Positions 35,196 through 45,800 of a DNA stretch of 64,000 nucleotides are shown here, piece by piece. Location: the NCBI GenBank assembly GCA_040954595.2, contig CM082577.2:10565846-10629845 (forward strand), given 5' to 3'. Under the pieces are notes generated by a model. It saw only the letters and a program-made list of their open reading frames with translations, did no database searches and had not been told where the DNA came from. A program made the translations under genes and the position numbers. Every line of letters begins with the position of its first letter. Positions within the stretch are counted from its first letter, which is position 1. This DNA comes from Balanoglossus misakiensis (Eukaryota; Animalia; Hemichordata).

Positions 35196-36930
35196 ATCGC
35201 AGGTCGATCACCACCGCAGAAAATGGCTATTTCGTGTCATGGCGATTTGAGAATGAACATTTCTTTATTGCTTGAGATAAAATTAACGGACGTGAGACAA
35301 AACTATGATGAAGAGGAGTGCTCCGAAGATGTGATTTATTTTGAACTTATTCACAAACTTCTCTGCACCGAACTCGACTAAAGTTAGGACATCTGTGCGA
35401 TGCTTGACTGTGGAATGATTCCACACAACACAGAGTATGCCAAGGATCTCCAATTGTCAACTATCAGTACCAAGTTTTATATGAAGCTGGTTTTGTATAC
35501 ATTGGTATTTCCATAATCAGTGTGGGCATTTCAGAACAAAAAAGTCTGAAATTCTGAGAATAGCTTGGTGTTATTTTTTTTTTCTTTATTGTTTTTTTGT
35601 GAAGACACAAAGTTTACAGTATGTGCTGCTGAAGATTCCTTCCAAGTGTGTATGTGTGCGTGCGTGTGTATGTACTTGTGTATATGTGAAAGGAAACAAA
35701 ACTAGTAGTTTAAATTTAAAAAAAACTACAATAAAATTTCAATTCTTGGCGAATGCAAGCTGGGAAGCTTGATGTAAATACATGTAAATTCCTGTAGATT
35801 TACCCATGTTCTTGATTTTAGTGTGAAGATGTTGATATTGTGAAAAAAATGAGAATTGATGGTGATGATGATGATGATTATAATGGCGATGATTATACAA
35901 CAATAGAGATTGTTGCTTGAGAAGATTTACTTGCGTTACTATGACAACAGTGTGAACAATCAGTGACCTTAATGTACATTTTCAGAAGTTTTGATCACTG
36001 CCATTTTTTCCCGCTTTTTTAATGGTGCTTTAGTTTTCTGTTCCCATTTTTTTATATACAAAATCATTGTCTCTCAGTTACACCGTGAACGATTAATAGT
36101 CATGTTTGGTCACGGGGTCTGCTGGAGAACTGTACAGTTGAAAACCTCACAGAGGTCAAAGGTTGCAGAGGTCAACACTCTCACATCACGGAAAAAAATT
36201 TACAACGTAAAAAGCATAATTCAGATTTCGGTATGAAATTTACTGTAAGTGGTTACCATGGTTACAGATTGGTCAACTGGGTGTGATTGTGGTGCTTGGA
36301 GATAATGGATGTGTGTGTATGTGCGTCTCAGTTTGTAGTCTGTTCTCGATTTTCACACCGGTCTTGAGGGAAAACAATTTTCTAATCACGTTTTTTATAT
36401 GGTTGCTTTTTTATTGTCTTCTACAAGGAAGGTCTGGTAATATTTGATACAGACATTGCACACGATAAGAGTTTAGAGTTTGATGTTTCTCTTTTGTTCC
36501 AAAGAAAATACTTTTGTTTTTGCTTATAAACGAAAAAGACTAAAATTGATTAAGAATCAATTATCTGTTGTGTTCAGCTTTTTCTGTTTTCTTTGTTTGT
36601 CAATTTGTTCGTTTTTTTCCCCCGAACTTCTTTTATTGTGAAGGCTTGTACAGTTGATGTAGAATATTTACTTTTAAAAATCTGAACTACAATGCAATAA
36701 AAGAAGCAGAGGCCAAAGGCTGTCTCCTCGACGAAGATGCTTTAGAGTTTTATCTTTATGAAAGTTTAATAAAAAGACAAGAAACCAACCACGAAAGTAG
36801 GTTTATTATGATTTTTTCTTCCTTGTACATAAAAGTTTTGCTTGTAGCATTATTCAGATTCCCTGTAAAGTGTTATATGACTGATTAAAAAGATAAAATG
36901 AAAGAATTTAACTTTTTTGTGTCGTTTGTT
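35196..36930 (+). other. Probable 3' UTR of BAHCC1-like gene with several poly(A) signals
   Basis: AT-rich sequence after TAG; AATAAA at 35730, 36696, 36768; ATTAAA at 36884 followed by a GT/T-rich tract (~36913-36932); TGTAAATA (35773) and TGTACATA (36824) match the Pumilio element. Confidence 0.6.
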
Positions 36931-37273
36931 TTCATTTCACTTACCCATCTGTCTGTATCACTCACTCACTCACTCACTGAACTACTGTCATCTTTACCCC
37001 TGAATTTGAAAGCGTGTATGGTGTTAGAGTGTAAAATAGGAAAACATCATAGTGTGACATGTTATTTTAGCAATTGCTTCTGTACTTCCATGCTCAATGA
37101 TAGGAGGCAACTGGCCATAAAACTTCAAAATATGCCTAAATCTGGTGGTGAGTGACTCCTTGATAATTTGACAGTATGTGAATTCAGTTTTATTTACATC
37201 GTCACAGGAGAGAAAGAGGTACTACCCAGTGTATAAAGCCAGTTTTATTTAGTTCTCCACGTCGCGTCGATGC

Positions 37274-38030
37274 TGTAGTAATTTGTGGGCTTCTGGCCGT
37301 TGGTGGCGTCCTGCTGTACAAGTGGGACGCCTCTGACGTAATTGCACTACGGAATGCCCTGCACCTGTGCTACTGGTTTTTACCCACGTTTCTCGACAAC
37401 TAGAATCAGAACGACCCGGACCAGCAGCAGAGCAAACACGCGGACTGACGACCAGCCGAAAACTCTGTGGCCCGGAATAAAGACAAACCGTAGTACCTAC
37501 CAGGGGCGCATTCGATTTGCACGATCATGATTGTGATTGGCGTGACGTCATTGATGAAAGCGAGGCTGTAAACAAAACGGAATAGCATAATCATGTTTAC
37601 ATGTAATGGCTGCCATCAGCGTCGGTGGGTACTTTTACGATTAAAATGTTTGAAAATACTCAATTTTTGTTAGACAAAAACAAACTGACAAATAAAACAG
37701 TTATCGAAATTTTTTTTTATCCATGGTAAAAACGAAGTATAACATAAATAAAATATAGCACTTATAATTCAACTTGCGTCTAACAACTTAAAATATCGCA
37801 ATACAAGTCAAACTCTGCTCTTGGGAGTTTTAAAATTACCGCCGCTTCGGTGGCTGCTGCGTCGTCCGCCATTTTTTTTAGTGTAATCACAACAATCACG
37901 CTCGGAGGCATGATTGTTGTGATTGTCAATCATGATTATGATTGGGCGTATTCGAACGCGCAATCACGATCACGATTGGCCAATCACAATCATGATCGTG
38001 CAAATCGAACGCGCCCCGGTATTTACTACA
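37274..38030 (+). mobile_element. Solo-LTR-like (or short-TIR) element, ~240 bp, interrupted by the MITE
   Basis: Begins TGTAGTAA, ends TTACTACA; AATAAA near 37477 lies ~40 nt from the end once the MITE is removed; GC-richer than flanks; no matching TSD. Confidence 0.5.
37503..38017. mobile_element. Non-autonomous TIR DNA element (PIF/Harbinger-like MITE), ~515 bp
   Basis: 38-bp terminal inverted repeats GGGGCGC(A/G)TTCGATTTGCACGATCATGATTGTGATTGG with 1 mismatch; subterminal CAATCA/TGATTG repeats; if the end is taken one base inside, flanks are CAG / CGG (imperfect 3-bp TSD); no transposase ORF. Confidence 0.8.
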
Positions 38031-38077
38031 GTATTAGAAGAGCGCCCTCAATATAACACTTCATAGTAATGTTTAAA

Positions 38078-38313
38078 ATTTGCATATGAATACTTAATTG
38101 GTTAGACTGAAAATACTGAACCTGTGCGACGTTTTAATAGGAAAATGAGAAACAATTTAATCAAATTTCATAGAACACGTACACATTTGGCCCATTTGAA
38201 TTATTCCCACACCGTTCGTATATTGCTGTTCACTTTTCTAGCTTCATGAGGAATGAAACTGTGAGGTGAAGCATCATGGGTAGAGAATACATCGTCCAAA
38301 CCGCAGTTAGAGT
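38078..38313 (+). promoter_or_regulatory. snRNA-type promoter of U2: octamer (DSE-like) and PSE-like element
   Basis: ATTTGCAT at 38078-38085 (about -280); CCAAACCGCAGTTAGAGT at 38296-38313 (-63 to -46) sits at the PSE position and loosely resembles vertebrate PSEs; PSE sequence is lineage-specific, so the call is mainly positional. Confidence 0.55.
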
Positions 38314-38358
38314 TGTGTGTTGCTGGATATGGTCGGACCCCCTGAACCAATTGTCGGT

Positions 38359-38546
38359 ATCGCTTCTCGGCCTTTTGGCTAAGATCATGTGTAGTATCTG
38401 TTCTTATCAGCTTAATATCTGATACGCTGCTCACCGAGCAGCTCGATATTAAACTGATTTTTGGAAACGGGCCATGGAATAGGGGCTTGCTCCGTCCTGG
38501 CCACGGATCGACCCGGTATTGCAGTACCTCCGGGAACGGTCCACCA
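38359..38546 (+). ncRNA. RNU2: U2 spliceosomal snRNA
   Basis: Starts ATCGCTTCTCGGCCTTTTGGCTAAGATCA; branch-point recognition GTAGTA 38391-38396; perfect stem GCTGCTC-acc-GAGCAGC; Sm site ATTTTTG 38457-38463; stem III GGCCA/TGGCC; loop IV ATTGCAGT in a CCCGG/CCGGG stem; full ~188 nt, no poly(A) tail or truncation. Confidence 0.98.
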
Positions 38547-38556
38547 CTTTTTACAA

Positions 38557-38569
38557 ATTTAAAATAAGA
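38557..38569 (+). terminator. 3'-box-like processing element of U2
   Basis: ATTTAAAATAAGA about 11 nt downstream of the U2 3' end, similar to GTTYN0-3AAARRYAGA. Confidence 0.4.
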
Positions 38570-38909
38570 ACCTAATATCTCTAGCTTGTGTCATTTTGAC
38601 AAAGAGATGTTTGTAGTTGATCACCTTGATTGACTTTTTCTAGCCCTACATGATGAAGACTCATGCAGATTCAGATAAGGGAATAGGGTGCCGGTGAGAT
38701 GTAATAGAAATCATAATTTTCCATTTCCAAAGAGAGCGATCTTTCCATTCTTACATACTTATGTATACATACATACATACAAACATTAGTACGATACATA
38801 CACCACACCACCACCCCATCTTCAGTCGGATTGTAGTTCTTCAATGTAAGGAGTATCTTCAATACATAAATATTGCCAACAACTATTATTGTAAATACAT
38901 AGTACATAT

Positions 38910-39898
38910 TTTATTGTATTTTTATCAGTTACAAAACTGAAATCGGCAATAATGATAACCATATTAAATATTTGCCACATTTGCTGTGACCTGTGATGAA
39001 GAAGTGACTTCTATAAATTACTTTACAATGTTAACATTCTTGAATGTGCAAATATGTTTCTAAAAGCCTTCTAAATGAATAAATTTCAAAAGATTATTTC
39101 TTCTCATATGAACATATGTACATTTCATTTATTTTTACATTATGTACATTTCAAGAAATGATCATTTATATACAGATATGTACACAGGATAGTAAAATGG
39201 TCATGATTTCTCTACAAAAATTTCAAACTTTTGTTTCTTGAAAAATTAAAATTTTCAAAATAAACATGATTGCCAATTGCAATTCAAATTAATCTGTCTT
39301 CATCACTTGAATTATTTACAAATATTTTTGTAACATTTCTCCTGATTCAATATAAAGTTGCTTCGATTTGTAGCGACTCCTTTTTATAATAGATGTAAAA
39401 TTTCTTTGGCTTGCGAGAGAATGTAAATGTTCATTTGATGACAAAATACACTCTCGAAGATTGTTTCGTTTCAATATACAAATTGTAAAGAAATAGATTT
39501 CTTTTCAAATTGACTTCTAAAATATGAAGGTTAATGAACATGATTTCTGTACATTCTTTTCGGCATGACTGTATAATGCTCTTCTAGTCACCTGTTTGCA
39601 CAAGGTTCATTTTATTGCCATGCCTTGTAAGAAGCAGATGCTGATAACCTTTGACCTTGTTTGCTAGAACTTTCATTACAGCAGGTATTTTGTTCCTCTT
39701 GTCCCCTCCTCCTCTTCATCATCATCATCATCATCATCATCATCTTCGTCTTCATCATCATCATCATCATTGTCGTCGTCATCATCACCATCATCATCAT
39801 GTTCCTAAATCTCAAGATTTTTCTTCTGCCTGCCGTACCCCCACAGAAAGAAAATTCAATCTTCAAGACGTCAAAACAGTTCTTCTCCTTCACACCTG
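38910..39898 (-). other. Probable 3' UTR of the WD40 gene
   Basis: AT-rich stretch after TAG; minus-strand AATAAA (plus TTTATT) at 39128-39133 and 38910-38915. Confidence 0.5.
39705..39800. repeat. Interrupted (CAT)n / (GAT)n trinucleotide repeat
   Basis: About 30 triplets, interrupted by CTT, CGT, CAC, CCT. Confidence 0.9.
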
Positions 39899-42800
39899 CT
39901 ACCTCGATCCCGCAGTGGCTGACTGTGAGTGGTTGATTGCTGGCAACAGAGGATACGAGTCCTTTTTCGTCTCCTGGTTTGGATCTGACGGCGCTGGAGA
40001 CAGCGACATGTCCTTCAGTTCAGCCTCACTGGTCACTGTCAGACCACGACTCAACATCCTGGGTGTCATCGGTAAATTGCCCGGGAGGTGTACTTCCTGT
40101 GTTGCCTAGGTAACGGCACAGACAACAAAGAATCATTAGCATTCACATTTGAAGGTTGTTGAAGTCAGACAGTGACTATAGGCTATATAAATGTCACTAG
40201 TTCAAGACGTAGGTCTTCAGAGTCGATATTTTCAAAAGTCGAATATGCGCAGTCACCTAACACAAAGAAAGACATTTCCCTTAAAATCCAAAATGGCTGA
40301 CCAGTCGCCATTTTATTCTGAAATATTAAAGCTTGTCATTCTCAAACAGCCTACAACTCTTCTTTTGTCGACTATAGTATATAGCTTCAACAGGAATATT
40401 TTGTTTGTCTCCCTGTAACAATATTTGAGAACTTTCTGTCTATATAGACACAGGAAATGCCCCTAAAGGCTACTGATGTGAAATAATAATTGTCTGCAAA
40501 GCAGAAAAATATATCCAAACTTGCTTACAGGAGTGGCTAGGGCTTGGAACGGTGAACAAAGTTTTCCGAATCTCGAAGTGAGAGTCATGTCCACATCGCC
40601 AAATCTGTGCCTTCTTTCCTGTCTGCTGTAGGCTCTGCGTGCGATATTCTCTTCAACTCGGTGCCCCAGCAAAGTCTGTCAGAGTAAATGTGTAGGCAGT
40701 TTGTATGTTGTATAGAAATGAGTCGGTTTTTTACCTTTTAAAAAAAAATTGGACACAAGGTTCTCTGTGTTTGCACAAAATTTGAAATTGTGATTTCTAT
40801 GATGATTTGTCAATGTTGTGCCAGATGTACAAAGATGAACACAAAATTAAAACTGAACGGACCGATGATTTTGGAAAACTTAACGATTTTTAAAACATTG
40901 TGTTAGTGGCAACCTTGATAAAGCAGACACCTGTGTATAGTGGCCACTTCATAGAAATCCCAATGTCCCAATATACTTGTTTCCTTTCTGCTATTTAAAA
41001 AATCTTGATGTTCCAAAATTTGAAAACTCTGCTATTATAACAGAACATCCAGAACTAACCTTCATTTGCACGGCTTTACTAGTATGCCCAAAGCTTGCAA
41101 AGGTCACCGACCTCTTGGCCCTCCAGTCGTAATCCGGATTGGAAATCCCACAATGCCTTTCCGGCTTTCCCGACGACTCCCGACTGTCCAGTCCGTTCAT
41201 CGCCGGCGCTGACTGGATTTGGACGCGTCTGATGTCGGCGCTTCGCAGTTGTCGGGCGTCGTCCTGCATTGGCGACGTACACGGCGACTGGGCAGCGCCT
41301 GTGCCGTTGTTGACCTTAGTGACAGGGTAAATGCTAGGTAACGGGGCCAAGTCATCCAGTGAAGAAAGACTGCCCTCTGGTGATGGCGCTGGTGACGCTT
41401 CGCCGTCGCAATCGTCCGCCATGTTGTCGTCTCCATTCTCCGTGTGAGCTTCCTTTTCGCTAACATCATCGCCGTTTTCAACTATTTTTGGCACTGTAAA
41501 CAGCAAAACATGATACATTATAACTTTAGTCAGTTTTAAAACAAAACAAAATAATACAAAAATCCATTATGCAAAGTTTAATGACAACTGTGCAACAACA
41601 GATGTCAAAAACTCGCATTTGGATCACATTAAATAAATATTGTTACTTTGATTTTATAATCCAACAGAAAATTGACCAACAGTGATGGCTGGGGATGACA
41701 AAACATCTCCATCATGAACTCATCTAATTCTTTTTAGAGTTGACATAACTCACCATTATGCTTTTCATCTCTGTTCGTAGCTGCTGAATACCACGGTGTC
41801 CTGAAATAAATCAACAACAAAACATGAAATTTTGAAAAGAAAACAAACTGCTTTATTATCATAAATATGGTCTCCCTTTGACATGTACTGTGATGTATTG
41901 TTAATATTTCCACATGAGGTCAATTACATTGAAATCTGCAAAAGCAATGGAAAAAGTCAGAATCTGCTAATTAATTGTGCACGAAAAAACTATTCCATAC
42001 TTGGGATGTTGCCAGGTGGCTGGATTTTTCAGGACCCACTTGTCCTCCTGACCGAAGGTGCCCACAAAGTGACCAATCAGCGTCCACAGTCGGGCCGTCT
42101 GGTCGGTGGAGGCAGACAGTATGTACGTCTGGTCATCGTAGATGACAAAGTCCACACTGACCAGGGCTGAGTCATGCGCGTGCCAGGAACACACCAGTGG
42201 GGGCTTCTCCAGTTGTCTCTGGAAAAGAAGATGAGGGAAGATTGATGGATGGTTGGGTGGCAAAGGACGTACATCACATTCAAAAGGAGAAATCTTGAAT
42301 TTGAGTGGATCTGAGATGATCACATGTTTTTGTTTGTACTGCTATCATGTTACTTCTTTTGCAGTGTCAGCAAGCTGAGGTCCACATTTTTACACATCCT
42401 GTTTGTAGGATATGAGTGTAAAAATCTCGCCAAAATGAATAAATGGTAGAGACCGATTATTCGTTTTGGCGAGTGTTTTCACTCTCGTGTCTACAAGTGA
42501 GATGGAAGTTGTGTGTGGTCGAACGTAGATTCACTATATATCCACATGTAGAATATCATAAACAGTGTCTTTTATCAATCATACTTAATGGAAAAAGGGC
42601 AGCGAGAGAGAGAGACTTTGTCCCTATAATGATCTGCTGAATGTTTGGTTTGATCTACACAACCATAATCATAATTTCCACAAGGCTACTTGCAAATGAG
42701 CAAATAACATACACCATTGACAAACTGATGGATGTTGCTTTCACATTCTCTCTTTGGAATGCAATCTGACTCCAAGGCATTTTCAAGCTAAGTGACACTT

Positions 42801-45800
42801 TGTCAGTGGTTATCTTGTTTATCAAATGATCAAAATTTGTCATTCTTAATTTTCCAAAGATGCAGTAAATCACCGCATGAGGGCCAGTTCTCTGAAGTGG
42901 ATGTAGAATTAAATGAAGGTGTGCCCACTGTTTGGAATGTGACGACTGATATGCAATGTCTCTTCTGTCAGTTGACAGCTTTCAGATTCACTGGAGAGAG
43001 TTAATTATCTGATGAATGTTACCTTTACTCATTTGCTCTTTTGGTACGCAAATATTTCACAGGAATAAAGAACACAAAGCTGAATCCAACGCTCACCTCA
43101 CGTCTCGGTTGCAAACAGTACTGTTCAATATTCCAGATGTAAATGTAACCCATGGTGTCCCCACTGATCAGAAGGCTGTTCTCTTTGTTGGTGCACAGTG
43201 CCAAGATGGACTCCTCCTCATCCTTGCTTTCACTGGCATAAAAATAACCTGGGTGAATTAAATCAGATCATGAAAATTTCATCAGAGTGAAACAAATCAA
43301 ATCTTATCTAAACTCAAGACCAGCAGAAGCACTGATCAATTCAAATTGGATATACCGGTAATCAAAACGGAGAAGAGATACATGTATCATGTGAGACTGA
43401 AACAGACCACTGACCAAGATTTATTACAGCAACAAATCCGTACCAACATGGAAACATAAAAAAAACTTAAACAACCAAATTTCTATATTCTGACCCACAA
43501 TGTAAAAATTTGAACTAGATTTAACATGAGGGGTCAATCCCCTATCCATATGCACATTCTTGAGAAGGAATACATTTTATCAGGTTAATTTGTACTATCG
43601 CGTTCACAGAAGTACTGTTCCTTCTCAACTTGACCAGATAATCTAGGTTCTTGGTCGCCCATCCCATCAGAGGTATTCAGCTTTACACATGCAGAGGCAG
43701 AGACAGCTAATCTCTCTACACCAGGACCCGAGGACCTACCCATGTCATGCTGTTTGCCGTAAACACTCCAGAAGTGCAGATAACCCGCCTCGCTGGAAAT
43801 AAGAACGGCAGCCTCTGTCTGGCCCTGTGTCACTCGGCTTTGGAGAAACAACAGCTTGTCCACCGGAGCTGAGAACCTGAAGATGATACAGCGAGTGTGA
43901 TTGAGACATGTCGTCCTGCTAAACTGACAGTTCTGATAAACATTCATGAGTCAAAAGCAAATCTGCAGGAAATAGCTCAAGATTTTTACACAGATACTGA
44001 ACAGGGCATGAAATATTTTAGCATGTCCCAAATTTCACTGTCTTATTGAGTATGCATGACCTCCTGCAGAACATTAACCCCCTCAGGCCCAACCCACCCC
44101 CCAATTCCCCCATGTGGGGGTAAGTTTGACCTTGTTTGCTGGAAAACTCAGGCCTGAAAGATCAGGTCAGTTTGCACTATCACGTTTACAAGAGCATGAA
44201 CTGACCAGTTTCTTGAATCAGCCCCCCCCCAAAAAAAAAAAAACATTAAGACCTATAGTATTCTACACTTAACCTGGGTATTCCCCAAATTTGTATTTTA
44301 AACTATCATCTTCAGAAATTGGCTAGTAGTAAAAACAGACAATTTCAGTGAAAACAGTTTTTTTGTTATGCTTATATGACTTGTGCCCGCTTACCCTTTT
44401 GGTGGTTTGTGATTCCGTCTGTGCCTGGAGTTGGGTCTTGAATTCCGGCCGGAGTTTTTCCTGGAGGGCAGACTTCCCTGAGAACTGGCTGTCGGAGGTC
44501 TGCTGTCACCAAAGTATGACAAGGCTTGCTTCAGTTTTCGAGTCCTGTAAGAAATTAGAAGATTTCATTTAACTCTCATTTTTTCACTTTAAATAAATGC
44601 ATCCATGCAAGTGGGTTTAATGTACTGTATACATAGAGTATGTGAAATGATTATATTTATTTAACAGTTCAAAAACTGGAACACTGTGAGAGTTTGCTAC
44701 GGATTTCATCATGAGAGAAAAGGGACTTAAATTGATACAGCTTACTAACACTATTGTTTCTCTTTTTGACAAACTTCAAAAGTCTGTACAATTTTAGCTT
44801 TGTATTGTAAAATAGTGAATACCTTATTATATACATCCTTGTGACAAAACTCGTACAAGACTATATCTTTTAGCTGTGAGGTGAAAACAAATGCCTGAAG
44901 TTTTAAAACAGAGAACACTATGCGCAACAAGATCGAACACCTACACTTTGCTTGGCTGGCCTCGTCTCAGCCTTCGGAAGATCTTTTCCGTTTCCACACT
45001 CCACACAATGATCTCTCCATCAAAGCTCGCCGTTGCTAGGAGATTCGGAGGACAGTAGTCGATCGAGAGGATGTCGTCTTTGTGAATCTGGCCTCCTCTC
45101 CAGGTCGGGTCAGATTTGATGAAGACGTTCTGAAAAGATGAGGTGGAGTAAGTGAGTGGGTAAAAACAAAGAAATGTTACATCGTCCTTATGAGGGCGCT
45201 GTTTGATTTTCTGAGGCTGTCTTATGCTCTGAGTTTTAACCCTTTCATCCCCAGTTCCCTCTTTAGAGGTCCAACTTTACCATGGGAAACAATGAGTTTG
45301 GACTGAACCATGGTGGTGAAAGGGTTAATACCACTAGATTGAAACTGAAACAGAATGTCACACATAGGGGTGCAGATAAGAGTGGGTAGCTAGCAAAAAA
45401 AACAGATACGTTGCTTTTTCTGAGTGAACATGGTTTTAAAAAAATTATACTAAAATGATTTTACTTGAACCACCCCTCCCACAACTGGCCTGTCATCACA
45501 TTCATTCTCTTGTGCCACAAGTTCCACAAACCACTACTTTTTGAACTTTTTTGTCAACTTTTGGACTTACTTTCACCCCAGCAATTATTGATCTATGTGA
45601 AAATCACTTACATCACTATCGCTATCATCATACAAGGTTATCTGTCTGCTCCAACCGACTGCCAGGATGCGGTGTTTCTCTCGAAACGAAACAATGCCAG
45701 TGACTTCAGCTTCTGAGATTGCCTCACACTGATGGATGTTGTGGCCATTTTGAAAATTCCACACCTGAGGGATGACAAGAACGAACACAAGTTGGCACAA

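Noticed and set aside
39890-39901. Possible stop-codon readthrough at TAG-CAG
   Set aside because: Next in-frame stop follows after two codons
39612-40109. Poly-His, poly-Met and poly-Ile ORFs
   Set aside because: Alternative readings of one (CAT)n microsatellite
40158-40390. Palindrome-rich intronic stretch (AAAATGGCTGACCAGTCGCCATTTT; GACTATAG twice)
   Set aside because: Probably a decayed non-autonomous element, but no TIR or TSD could be defined
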